A stretch of 63,722 nt of DNA, filler included, from Folioceros fuciformis (Eukaryota): NCBI GenBank assembly GCA_049999805.1. It is 11 parts of 11 records of this genome, joined end to end, with 100 filler letters (N's around TTAATTAATTAA, not from the genome) between each part and the next. Parts side by side here need not be neighbours in the genome. Positions count along the whole stretch, not along the records: positions 46,119 to 53,693 come from JBNGIO010001157.1; positions 53,794 to 62,222 come from JBNGIO010001158.1; 9 more parts are not named here. One strand, given 5' to 3'. Each line of letters starts with the position of its first letter. The first letter of the stretch is position 1. A model generated the notes under the pieces. That model was not told the DNA's origin. It saw only the letters and a list, made by a program, of their open reading frames with translations, and made no database searches. Made by a program: the position numbers and the translations under genes. Positions 51,020-62,322 of this stretch are shown one piece after another.

Positions 51020-53400
51020 ATTTATGTAGAGAAAAATATATATATGTCTACTAGATAGGTGAGGAGGAATAGCCAAAAGCGGACTAGCGCCCTCAAACAT
51101 CATTATCAAAAATATATGTTGTGCCCAAAATATCATTATATGAAACAAAAGGCCTACCTACAAGAGTTGTCAAAAACATTGCTTGGGCTTGCACTTTGTC
51201 ATTGTTTTGAAGACGGCATTGGTCAACGCCTCTACAAAGAGATGTATACGCATTGTTAAAAGAAGGCGACCACAAAGGAAAATAAGAAGAACCACATTTC
51301 TTCAACTATAATATGCCTTTGCACACTTCTTCATGAGCCTTAAAGAGTCCTTGTCAATGGTCCCATGCTTTTCTACGAGGGAGGCATGAAGACCCCTCAA
51401 CCCTTCCCTAGAGAAGGAGGTGAAAGGAGGTAAGGCATCTCTAGCCTCCAAGGTAGAGAGTCCCTCACTTGCCTGAGATACACCTACAAAAACCCCATTC
51501 TTAACACCTACAAAGACCCCATTCTTAACATCAGATACGAAGTCCTCCATAGGAGAGAAATCCTAAAGTAAAAGCAAGAGGCTAAGATTGGAGCCAAGAG
51601 AGCCCAATTAATTTGGGTAGGGGCCTCCATGGCTAGAAGGCCAACACCCTCAAAGGCAATTGGCAAGGAAGCCTACTTACATGCTAAATTACCAACAGCA
51701 CATCAATATGGTAGGACCTATGAGAGCCCCAAATGCCTACATAACCTAATAGTCGAAATTCTAGAGACTTGATAAGAAATATGGAGAAGGTACAACAATT
51801 CTCATGAGGTACCCTAGTCATTGTGCAAAGCACGACGAGAGAATAGAAAACGTAAATCGAAGATCACCAATTTGTGAGAGGTCCATGATGTGAATAAAAT
51901 CTTCATCCAATGCCACATCCATAAATTGTTTGACAAAATTAAGGCATCTCACATGAACATCTAAGACCTGTAATTTCTACGAGGAGGCAATGTCACCCTC
52001 TAAATAATGAAGAGTGGAAGTATTGCCTGAAGGAGGACAAAAACCCTATACTGAGACAACTTAACCCTTGGTCCCACCTTGGAGAGCTCTCAAGAAAAGA
52101 GATCAAAGAATGCTAAACAATGTGTCTTAGCCCGAGAATATAGGTGTCATCAGCCAGAGATGGGAAAAAGGCAATCCCAAAACGCTAATATTAGCCAATG
52201 CTCGAAAATGCGCCATGACAAAAAAAGCCCCCCCAAACAGAGCCCCTTGCCTTGTGCCTATTTCTAAATGAAATACTGAGACCTCTTTGATGGTCGGGCC
52301 ATATTGATAGTAGAGCTTGGACAAGGAGCTATAGAATGAGCAAACAAATGAAATGAGACATGCCAACTCGCCTCTTGCGTTCTTGAGCTATGAGAAGATG
52401 ACTTCTCAAGAAACAATATTGAAAGCATTCTCGATATCACCATGTAGAGCCACCTTAAGAGGATGTGAATTGAGGGTAGCTTGGATATCGAGTTTATCTT
52501 ATTCACACCCTCTGTAGGTTGTAATCCCAAATTGGTGGGGTGCAAGATGTGCTTGGAAGTGTTGCCGAAGTTGAATTGCAATGCTGTAGCTAGTGAGGCA
52601 CAAAAAATGTCTCCCCCACAACAATAGGGCACAACCCTTATGTGAGGTTTTTCACAACTGACAACCTTCTAGCCAATAAAACTTGAAAATTTTAATTAGA
52701 AACCTCACCTCTAGCCACACCAGTTACTAGTGTAAAAATCTTTGAAAAACCACTTGAAGGATCCCTGTGAGGAAAATAAGCTTGGAAATGGTCATAAGTT
52801 GTCCCAGACAACCTGCTTGAAAAAAAGGCGTAGGGTGGTGGAGAGGGCACAATCGAAGACCACCATGTCTAAACAACAGGGCTCCTCAACGACAAAATCC
52901 AGAAGATCCTACGGTATAATGTCATGAGGTTCTAGGCGAAGGGCACATAGAGCAGCTATGGTGCTCTTAGTGGCAAATGTTGTTGGCTATGGGCCGTTGC
53001 CGTTTGAGCATGTTTATCAATGATCTCTACCCAACATGACACGACGTTTAAGGTGTGCTTTAAGTGGGTCTTGGCAAACCTTGTCAACCTTAGTTGCCTC
53101 TAGTTGAGATTTTTCTGCTAATAGATCCTCCTCCTTAAGGGTTTGCCAATCTCCAAACCAAAAATGGCAAAGTCGTCAGGCCGCATCCCTATAATATAAA
53201 GGGTTGCCCCAAGAGCGCAGAAGGCATCATTCAGGGAGGAACAAGAACAAAGTCTAGGGAAGACATTGAAAGAGGTGAGGACATGGAAAATGAGCATGAA
53301 AGAGAGCCAACAACAAGGTCTAATCAAAACAGTCAGATCCCATAAAGCAAGTTTGGCGCATTCTATCATTGGTACGATGCTAGCTTTGTATCTGCTTTTT
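51020..53400 (-). mobile_element. Second decayed CRE-like copy, inverted relative to 47885-50398, with an internal deletion; 5' limit approximate
   Basis: SFYSSLSKLYYQYGPTIK, IGTRQGA and LEARDALPPFTSFSREGLRGL match the + copy. It then jumps straight to KKCAKAYY, the post-RLE region. Confidence 0.82.
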
Positions 53401-53499
53401 ACCAATTTTTGAAAACATTACGTGCATCGACATGTCTACACTGATTATTTATCCATTCTAACCAGTGCTTCAACTCCTTAATTCAAAAATAGAAAAACA

Positions 53500-53693
53500 A
53501 GCAGTCTAGGTACGCTCGTCTACCGGCACACTCCTGCAGTCCAAGTGCGCTGGTCTACTGACGCACTCCTACAATGTGGGTGCACTGGTAGACCGACGCT
53601 CTCTTGCAGTTAAGTGAGTATGTTTAAGAAAGTTTTCTTGATTGAAAATGAAGTTTTTCAAGTGCGAGTGCGACGGTAGACTGGCACGCTTGT
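53500..53693. repeat. Dispersed repeat unit, homologous in reverse complement to 62085-62222
   Basis: CTCTTGCAGTTAAG...TTTAAGAAAGTTTTCTTGATTGAAAAT...TTTTCAAGT...CGGTAGA is shared between the two sites. Confidence 0.75.
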
Positions 53694-53793
53694 NNNNNNN
53701 NNNNNNNNNNNNNNNNNNNNNNNNNNNNNNNNNNNNNTTAATTAATTAANNNNNNNNNNNNNNNNNNNNNNNNNNNNNNNNNNNNNNNNNNNN
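53694..53793. other. Artificial contig spacer
   Basis: N44-TTAATTAATTAA-N44. Confidence 0.99.
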
Positions 53794-54516
53794 GAATTGA
53801 AAAACTCTTGGGTCGTCGTTGCCCTACTTGTTGTCTGGGTTGTGCTCCTGTGTCGAAAGCGGTCACGGTGGGAGAAACGAGGTCGCACTCGCACTTGCCT
53901 CTCTCCTGGAGCATTTTCGACTGTTGCCGTGTCTTGTCTGCTTTGCCACATGTCGTCGCCTGGTTTAGTCCACCAACCATTCTAGAACCTCACGCCTTCC
54001 AGACTGTCATTGTTTCACACTAGCGTCACCCACCCTTCATGGCCTCCCAGCTACCGTATCAAGGACCTCGTCTTACTCACACCTAAATGAGCAAACGACA
54101 GGACGTACATAAATGCGTACATCTCCGTCTGTACACATGACAAAGCCACACGAGGCTGTGGAATGGAGACTCACGCTCGCGTAACTCTCGGTGTAACCAA
54201 GTTTTCACTCCGATGGATGTGGTAATACTGAAAAGTGCGGGCAACATTCTAATTCGGCTTGAATACATCCGAGCGAGATCCCAGATGTAGATGGATTCTA
54301 TTGGAGTTCAGGATGGAGGTTGGATTTCCGAATTGTCGTGCAGGCCACTCAGAGTGGAGAAAAGACTTCCGATTTATGTTGGAGTCCACTCAGGATGGAG
54401 ATGGATTTCGCCTTGCTGCCTGGTTGCTTGCACCAATTGATTTTAGCCACCCTGTCCCTGTGAGTACCGATCCAAGCGCGCTCAACCACTTTCTTATACA
54501 CGTTTGTGCATTTGGC

Positions 54517-57500
54517 CTAAGCCATTTGGTTCTGCCCAGAAGCTTTGTCCCGGTTAAACCGGAAGAAATGATGAAGCAACTTGTGGACATCTCCGTAACT
54601 CCCAGTCACGGACACCAGTCGTTCTCTGATCCAGCCAGGCAGCTTCGAAGTTGGAGTAGATTGGCCTCCCGTTGTGTATCTGGAATCAACCAGAAGGATC
54701 GCAGCATAATCTCCAATGTGCCTGATGGCCCTTCCTGCAAGACGTCCAAGATTCTCGTCATGTTCCTGCAACAGAAGCCAGGGAAAAGGTGAGAGGGATA
54801 TTAAGCCTCTTGTCTTACCGATAGACTGGTTCACAGCCTTCATGCACAGGTTCTCGTAGTACTCCTTACTCCGCTGGGTACTATGTTTTTGGTGGTCCTC
54901 GACAGGCATTTGGTCAAGGTATTTCATTCGCTCCATGAGTTCAGGGTCCCCTGGACTCGGGTATGGTAGCCCAACCATCACCACACACCTACCCATGCTG
55001 TCACTGAAGTTGATGCCTTCTGACATCTTGCCTCCAACCACGCACAGTAATACAGCGCCTCGTTTCATGCTAGCTCCTACCGCTGAGGCTGTTGTGATGC
55101 TCTCCTTGTACCTGATTAAGGTGGCCTCCACATCTACCGTGTTCCTGGGCTCTCTAAAAACTGTCTTCTTCTTCTCCATGGTACTCAGAACCCCAGAGCT
55201 TCTCCAGAATGAGAACACTTGGTTTTCATACTCGAAAGACGGAAAGAAAACTACGATTCCCTCTGGAACCACGGAACAAATATTGGACATGAGCCTTCCC
55301 AGTTCCTCAATCTGAGACGGGGCCAGGGAAGAGCTTAGTCAGGAAATTGGCTCGCAAACCACGCCACGGATGTCCTGTGCATCATCAATACAGAAGCAAG
55401 GCATAACATGTGGGGAGAAAGGCTCACCATGGTGTGAGAACCTCGGGCTTGGTAAGTGAAATCGAAGGATTTTCCTCCCGGACCTCGAGCCACAGCGATG
55501 GGGAGGATACTCTCAGGTGGGACGATGTGACCACAGGAGAACATATGTACCTTGTCGTCTGACAGACTGGGAAACAACCGGGCCCTCAGTTCAGCAACAG
55601 GCTGCAAAGTTCCTCCGGCAAGTACAACAGCCCTTGCCTGCTCCAGAACCTGGAAGCATGCCCTGCCCATCAACAGTTTTAGTTGTTGTGGAGAAAACAA
55701 CGAATCATCGGACATAAGCGTGCCAGACTTTCAATTACAGGAATGAGAGACGGGACACAAGTAGAGCACATTTGCACCTCAGCAAAGTGTTTGCCCACGT
55801 TGAGCATCATGAACTTGATAGACCCACCAGGATCATCCGAATGTGCACTTGTGCCACCAGCTGACTTGAGCAGTACGCGCCCATCACTATCGGCATTTGT
55901 AAGAGCCAGGATGAACTCAGCAAAAGAATGGAATGCAGTCATGCCACTAACTGCATGTTCTGGGAAAGTCCATCGGCCATCAATAGAGGAGGCGTGTTGC
56001 TCAAGTAGAACCCTCTCACCGTAGCTACTGACCTGGAAGAACCGTGCGAGTGTTAGGACCGCTGTTGGCTTTGGGTTGTAGAGACAAACAGAACATCTCG
56101 ATGTTTAGTTGCCCACGACGTGAAAGACCCCACCTTGTGAACAATGTTGCTTTCCTTGATGTACCGCTGCAGCTTGAAGATATTGATGTTGTCAATGGAG
56201 AGGGAGAAAAGGAAATCGTTGATGGACATAACCACTGGGCTCGCATGAGGACGTGTTTTGCCACTGAGCTTTTCATCTACGATGGTGCTCCCTGACGAGG
56301 AGGAGATGGATGAGATTCGGTTCAAGAATGCTTTTACCAGTATCAGAATGGTCTCAATATAACGGCGATTCCCAGCAGCCAGCCGGCTTCGGAATCTTCC
56401 CAAGTACTCAGACACCTGGGAGTGCACTTGCTTCAGCTGCCACATAGAGGTACAACTGTCAGAATGCAACGACGAACAATCCACAAGCTGAGCAGTGAGT
56501 CAGGAATCCACAAGCAAGGTGCGCAAGCTCCCCCACCTGCTGGAAAGAGAGCTGGCAACTGTGAAGATCAGACACCGTGTCCACCAGATTATGAGCTTCA
56601 TCAATTATGACGACAGCATTGCTCATTTTGAGCCCCAGAGATTCCCGAGTAGAAGCGTGGAGCAAGGACTGATATGGCAGTACCACGAGGTCCGCAGAAG
56701 GCAGAGCCAACCGACAACCATAGTATGGACAAGAGCCAAGTTTTGTCCCCAGCTGCACCAAGTCTTCTATATCCATTGCAGCAGACCCCGTGAGCTCCTC
56801 TTTGAATTTGGTTTGCAGCTTCTGCTTCCGCAGAAAAGGACACCCTCCGCCCTTGGACTCGTTTCGTTTCTTGTGGGCGTCCTTAGTTATCTGCATCAGA
56901 CAGGGGACACAAGCACAACCACGAGCCGGTAAGCGACACGAACGAGCATTATGATGTGGTAGCACCAGCCTGAGACCCACCCTCTCCGTTGTGTCACCTT
57001 ACCACTGGTCTTGTTTTTGAGCAACTCCAGACATCGCTCATTCATTCTGGCAGCGCTCCCGAGCTTTCTCACATCTGCATCGCAAATACATGCACAAACA
57101 AACTCAAACCTTGGGCACGAGTTCTGTCCACGTCATTCTCAAGGAGAGTGCAGCGGATACTCACCAGGATTGATGCAAAGTGTCTTCCGAGAGCCCAACG
57201 ACACCACTTGCAAGGACGAAGAGAAATGCGTCCTCTGCAATTCACCGATGAACTGCGAAAGCTGCGAGTGCGTACGACTGCAGAAAAACACCTTCAACCT
57301 TTTCTCCACGTCCGTTTCCAAATGAACTTCATCCTCCCCCTCGCTGCTGCTAGGGCAGCCTGCCGTATATGCTTTCCGCTTCCCTCCACACTGTTCATCT
57401 TCACTCTGGTAGTCATCCAGCAAGAAGCACCCATCGTCATCGTCGACGCCACTGGCAACAGCAGCTCCCTGTCGTCTGGACCCAAAACCTGCTTCTTCAC

Positions 57501-58031
57501 ACTCTCTTTCCCCATCACCCCCGTCCAGAAACGACCGCACGACGGCAGGCTTCTTCCTGACCCTGGCCAGCTGCTTCTTGGCAGGCTTCGCCTCCTCACT
57601 CTGGCTGCGGCTGAAGTCCCTCAACCACTGTGGCTGATCGGGCATGTCGCCACTGGGCGCCTTCTCCCAACCGGTCACGGCAGTCGAGCTGCTCAAACAA
57701 TGCTGCTGGTCTTCCAGCCATTGCAATGCACTACAGATGAGGCTGAGAGTCTTTCCCGTCCCTACAAGAATCAAAATCCATCAAAGACCACACGAGAGAA
57801 AAATTTGCAGTGCGACCCACAACAAACAAACAAGAGGCCTAGGGCGCTGCAGCTCGTTGCTTCCCCCATCTCACCAGTCGGACTCTCCACTACGGCAACT
57901 CCACCTTGCTGGATGGCCCGGTAGACAGCGCTCATGAATTCCAGCTGAATAGGGTACGGATGGAACGGGAAGGCGGGAAATCGGACCAATGCAGCATCCG
58001 GGCCCGGAGCCGGGCTCTGCGAGTCCACCAT
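54517..58031 (-). CDS. DDX11: DDX11/ChlR1 (Chl1) Fe-S DEAH DNA helicase, multi-exon
   Basis: FPFHPYPIQ, ESPTG|TGKTLSLIC, CSRTHSQLSQF, LGSRKTLCIN, CPYY, IIDEAHNL, LAGGTLQP, VVGGKMSEGINFSD, AVNQSIG|RAIRH. Confidence 0.95.
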
Positions 58032-58198
58032 CCGCAGGCTACGACGATCAGTGAAGAGAACTTGCTTGTTAGCATCTTGCCTATGTATATTGCGTTATTA
58101 TTCTCCAGTTAAATTGCGTATATTCTCGTCCAACTACCTCTCCCCCTTAGGCGAAGCTCCTCCTAAGCCGTTGATCCTACACTCGGACGGAGAAGGGA

Positions 58199-58945
58199 AT
58201 GGCAGGCTTGGCGATGGCGGCTGTGATGACTCTGGCGACGGTGGCCCCCGTGCGGGCCACGGAGGCGGCCCTCTCGGCGGCAGCCGCGTCCTGCTCTTAC
58301 AACAACAATGCAGCTTCGGCGATGGCCGGATGGCGGCTGCGGTCCGGGAGCAGGAGCAGCGGGGAGCCTGAGAGGTCACGGCGGGAGCTGGGATGGAGCC
58401 GGAGCTCTTGGAGCGGGGACCTGTCGATGCAGTGCGGGGCTAAGAGCGGGGAGATGAGCAGGCGGGTGAGGGCCACAGTGGAGGCGAAGCAGGGGGACGA
58501 GCTGTCGTATGTGATGGTGAAGCCGGACGGAGTTCAGCGGGGGCTGGTAGGGGAGATCATCAGCAGGTTCGAGAGGAAGGGGTTCAAGCTCAGGGGGCTG
58601 AAGCTGTTCCAGACGCCGCAGGATCTGGCGGAGGAGCACTACGCGGAGCTGAAGGAGCGGCCTTTCTTCCCCAAGCTGGTGAAGTACATCGTGTCAGGCC
58701 CCGTGGTGGCGATGGCGTGGGAGGGGCCCGGGGTGGTGGCTTCTGCCCGGAAGATCATCGGTGTAACTAACCCGCTGCTGGCTGAGCCCGGGACAATCAG
58801 GGGGGATTTCGGGATCGAGGTCGGCAGGAACGTGGTGCACGGCAGTGATAGTGCAGAGAACGGCCTCCGCGAGGTGGCATTGTGGTTCAAGGAGGGTGAG
58901 CTGGTGGAATGGGATCCCGAGCTCACACCGTGGCTCAGGGAGTGA
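58199..58945 (+). CDS. NDPK2: Nucleoside diphosphate kinase 2, chloroplast-type, intronless
   Basis: Ala/Ser/Arg-rich transit peptide, [26 protein letters not shown], catalytic RNVVHGSDS and C-terminus [11 protein letters not shown]. Confidence 0.93.
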   Translation: MAGLAMAAVMTLATVAPVRATEAALSAAAASCSYNNNAASAMAGWRLRSGSRSSGEPERSRRELGWSRSSWSGDLSMQCGAKSGEMSRRVRATVEAKQGDELSYVMVKPDGVQRGLVGEIISRFERKGFKLRGLKLFQTPQDLAEEHYAELKERPFFPKLVKYIVSGPVVAMAWEGPGVVASARKIIGVTNPLLAEPGTIRGDFGIEVGRNVVHGSDSAENGLREVALWFKEGELVEWDPELTPWLRE

Positions 58946-59437
58946 GAGGGAGACTGTCCGTTCCCTTTTTGAAGCTTGCTTGTTGTTCCTTCAGTCCCTT
59001 TTTTGTGGCCCTCCCAAATCCTGCGACGTGTTGTTGCACATCCCTCTGCTGTGTGTGCATAGGCTCATTGCCATCAGGTCATTTTTGTTGTGACTGGACT
59101 CATCCAGTGATGGATTGAGGAGGAAGAGACCTTAAGTACAGGCCTCCGTCGGCTTGCTTCTTTGCATTCTTACGGCTTCATCTGGATGCAGTTCAAATCC
59201 AGAACTTTGCTCTGCACTGTACGAGATCAAGCTATTAGTATGATATGGAGCTGACTGCAGGGGTGAATAAGGGCTCTCCGTCTGGTACATTGAACCGATG
59301 CGCATGGTATGCATATCCACGATCTACAACTTTAGAAGACTACCACTCCCGAGTATACAGTATACGAGCCAAGCATGGCTCCTTGATTAAAGGAATATTC
59401 AATAATCATTCAGCTCTATTTATTATCAGCAATCTCT

Positions 59438-59543
59438 ATCCAAGCATAACCCCTTGATTATCTAATATCAAGAATCCAAGCATGGCCCCTTGATTATCTA
59501 ATATCAAGAATCCAAGCATGGCCCCTTGATTATCTAATATCAA
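59438..59543. repeat. Tandem repeat, ~3 x 36 bp
   Basis: ATCCAAGCATGGCCCCTTGATTATCTAATATCAAGA at 59438, 59474 and 59510. Confidence 0.88.
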
Positions 59544-59559
59544 TAAGCTCTATTTAATA

Positions 59560-60045
59560 TCAGCAATCTTTATCCAATCATCTGCCAAACTCTATCCAAT
59601 CGTCATGAAGCAGCTATCCACTCTCCAACCTCTATTCAACCACCATGAAGCTCTGTCCAATCACTACCAAACTGTGTTCAATCATCACGAAGCTCTATCC
59701 AATTCCTGCAAAGCTCTGTCCAATTCCCACAAAGCTTTGTCCAATTCCCACAAAGCTCTATCCAATTCCCGCAAAGCTCTATCCTCCAATTCCCGCAAAG
59801 CTATATCCAATTCCCGCAAATCTCTATTCAATAACCATGAAAATCTGTTCAATCACAGTGAAGCTCTATCCAATCACCATGAAGCTCTATCCAATCACCG
59901 TGAAGCTTCATCCAATCACCATGAAGCTCTGCTCAATCACTCTGAAGCTCAATCCAATCACCGTGAAGCTTCATCCAATCACCATGAAGCTCTGTTCAAT
60001 CATTGTGAAGCTCTATCCAATCACTGTCAAGGCCTATCTAATCCC
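59560..60045. repeat. 21-bp minisatellite (about 20 degenerate units)
   Basis: Consensus GAAGCTCTATCCAATCACCAT. It translates as HHEALSN or MKLYPIT heptads in two open frames. Confidence 0.9.
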
Positions 60046-61035
60046 CATTTTGAAGAACAAAGTTACTTGATTAAAACTTTGTATAGTTAAGCCTTGTCCA
60101 ATCATAGGTTGAAGTGAAGAATAAATTCCAGCTTTCTCATGATGAATTACTCTATACAATGTGCATACAACTCTTTTTTTTTGAAAAACCATAAATCTTT
60201 GAATTTTAAGGAAAATAAACATGATTGACTAAGGGTTAGTGGCATTGTAGTTTAAATACTTAGTTGTGAAATTTTTACTCTAATTTTATTTATTATTCTT
60301 CTATCTTATATATATATATATATATATAATATGGAGTCGTTACCATGAGGAAGAGATGGAGAGACCCATCTACCCCATAGCCAAAGAAGGAGGGTTAAAG
60401 GTGCATTTCCATGAAAGCATTTATCAAGTGTTACAAGGAATTATAATAAGTGATGCATTGCGGATCATAATAAAGCTTTACCAAGCACTAGTATTGGATA
60501 CAAGAACTTATGTCTATGGTATACATTATATACATTCGCTTGAACAATGCAACACTTAATAAAGAACCAAGCTTAGTAAGATAATTATACATAACAAGGC
60601 AACTTATTTCATTAATCTTAGTTTTTATGTTCATCAACATGCCCATTCTTAAACATTTATCGTAATCAATTCACAAAGGTTATAGATAATAGCTACATGA
60701 TCATATATAATCTCAACTTTGAAAGATATTCCCATGAATGCAATACATGAACAAAGGTGCAATTCTAAAGTGACTGTGTCTTTCCACTTGTCCTTTTACA
60801 ATACTTTCTACATCTCTTTCCTAGTAATTATAGGTCCTTTCTTTTTCAACACACACAAGTTTTTGAACGGCAGTCTCTATAAGCATATTATATAGTGCTT
60901 TTCATCTAGCCTTTGCCTATCAAAGGACACCTTTGCTTAGTGTGCTCCCAACTTTGTTCCGGGGTCAGGTTGGTGAAGTGCCACATTGGTCATGAGCATA
61001 AGGAATTCGACAAAACCACTTAGGTAGCACACGTG

Positions 61036-61149
61036 CATCTTGCTTCTTTTGAGCTACCGACTAATTCTCTTCTAGAGGAACCCCTGGGCTACATCTTGCT
61101 TCTTTTGAGCTACCGACTAATTCTCTTCTAGAGGAACCCCCTGGGCTAC
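61036..61149. repeat. Tandem duplication, 2 x ~56 bp
   Basis: CATCTTGCTTCTTTTGAGCTACCGACTAATTCTCTTCTAGAGGAACCCCTGGGCTA twice. Confidence 0.9.
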
Positions 61150-62084
61150 CCCTAGGAGCGTAGTTGTGGCTCTAAAGTTGTCGCCGGATTTGAACATTTG
61201 AAATTCATGTCATGTATCCACATTTATGTGCGTTTATTTTCAGCGATGCGTTATCATGTAGAAAAAATGTGTCGCGTAACATCGTAAGCATCATGTATTG
61301 TGTCAATATATGCGGATTTGTAGGTGTTCATAAAAACAAATCCATCATTGAACATAGTCATATGGCGAGTATCATGTTGTTCGCGCTTTATCCGATTTCA
61401 TGTTTAGTCCTAAGTGTTTGATTTATTTGTTTTCGTGTTCAGGCCGTTTCACTCAAATCATCACACTTGCGTATCTACCTTTCTTTCCAATCAATTGTTG
61501 CGTGACAATGCGCCGGTCCACCGGCGCACTATGGCAAAGTGCACCGATATATCAGCGCACAATGCCCTATTCTCATTACATGTGAATGAAAAGTTGAAAT
61601 GAACATCCATTCACAATGAAAGATAGTATATTAGTTTCAACTGAACAATTTGATCTAAACGTCTAACAAGACTTCGTCATTTTCAAGCAAAAGTGTTTCC
61701 TGGTCACGTTGCAGGCTGTACAAGTTTTTCCGAATTAGGTTGCTGGCACATGCCTTGATAAAATTAAAAATCTACATTGGAGGTATAATGTCGATGTTCC
61801 ATGGTTCTTGATTTCGAATATTTTCTTCAAGAGTGCGTCAATCTATTGGCACACTCCGCATTCACAACAAAGTGCAACGGTAGCCCTGCGCACTCTCCCC
61901 TAGGCCCATGCATTTTTTTTAGCATGAATATATAATATCAATAACATAAGTTCCAATAGGAATTGGGAATGGTGTAGTGGTTGGCATTAAGGTCTTATGT
62001 TCAACCTTTGATAAAAAATGGGAGGTTGTGTTCAACCTTCGATTCTACAAGCTCGATATCTAAATTTAAATTTTGGACCTCCAT

Positions 62085-62222
62085 TTTAAATCAGGAAAAC
62101 TTTCTTAAAAATATTCACTTAGTGCGCTGCTCTACCGGCACAACTAGACTTGAAAAGTTTATTTTCAATCAAGAAAACTTCTTAAATATACCCTCTTAAC
62201 TACAAGAGTGCACCGATCTACT
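62085..62222. repeat. Dispersed repeat unit, homologous to 53500-53693
   Basis: The reverse complement aligns by eye with the end of the previous contig. AATCAxGAAAACTTxCTTAAA occurs twice. Confidence 0.72.
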
Positions 62223-62322
62223 NNNNNNNNNNNNNNNNNNNNNNNNNNNNNNNNNNNNNNNNNNNNTTAATTAATTAANNNNNNNNNNNNNNNNNNNNNN
62301 NNNNNNNNNNNNNNNNNNNNNN
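62223..62322. other. Artificial contig spacer
   Basis: N44-TTAATTAATTAA-N44. Confidence 0.99.

Noticed and set aside
56989-57924. 311-aa + strand ORF
   Set aside because: It is antisense to DDX11 exons in GC-rich DNA and has no recognisable motif, so it is a shadow ORF.
59438-60045. CRISPR-like array
   Set aside because: The units are contiguous and degenerate with no unique spacers, there are no cas genes, and the context is eukaryotic.
61509-61528. GC-rich hairpin TGCGCCGGT-CC-ACCGGCGCA as a Helitron 3' end or terminator
   Set aside because: There is no CTRR terminus at the expected distance on either strand and no Rep/helicase remnants were recognised. Bacterial terminators do not apply here.
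6098-62322. Regularly recurring TTAATTAATTAA as a biological repeat, or the whole window as a gene cluster
   Set aside because: It is always centred in exactly 88 Ns, so it is an assembly linker. Genes on different contigs cannot be treated as neighbours.
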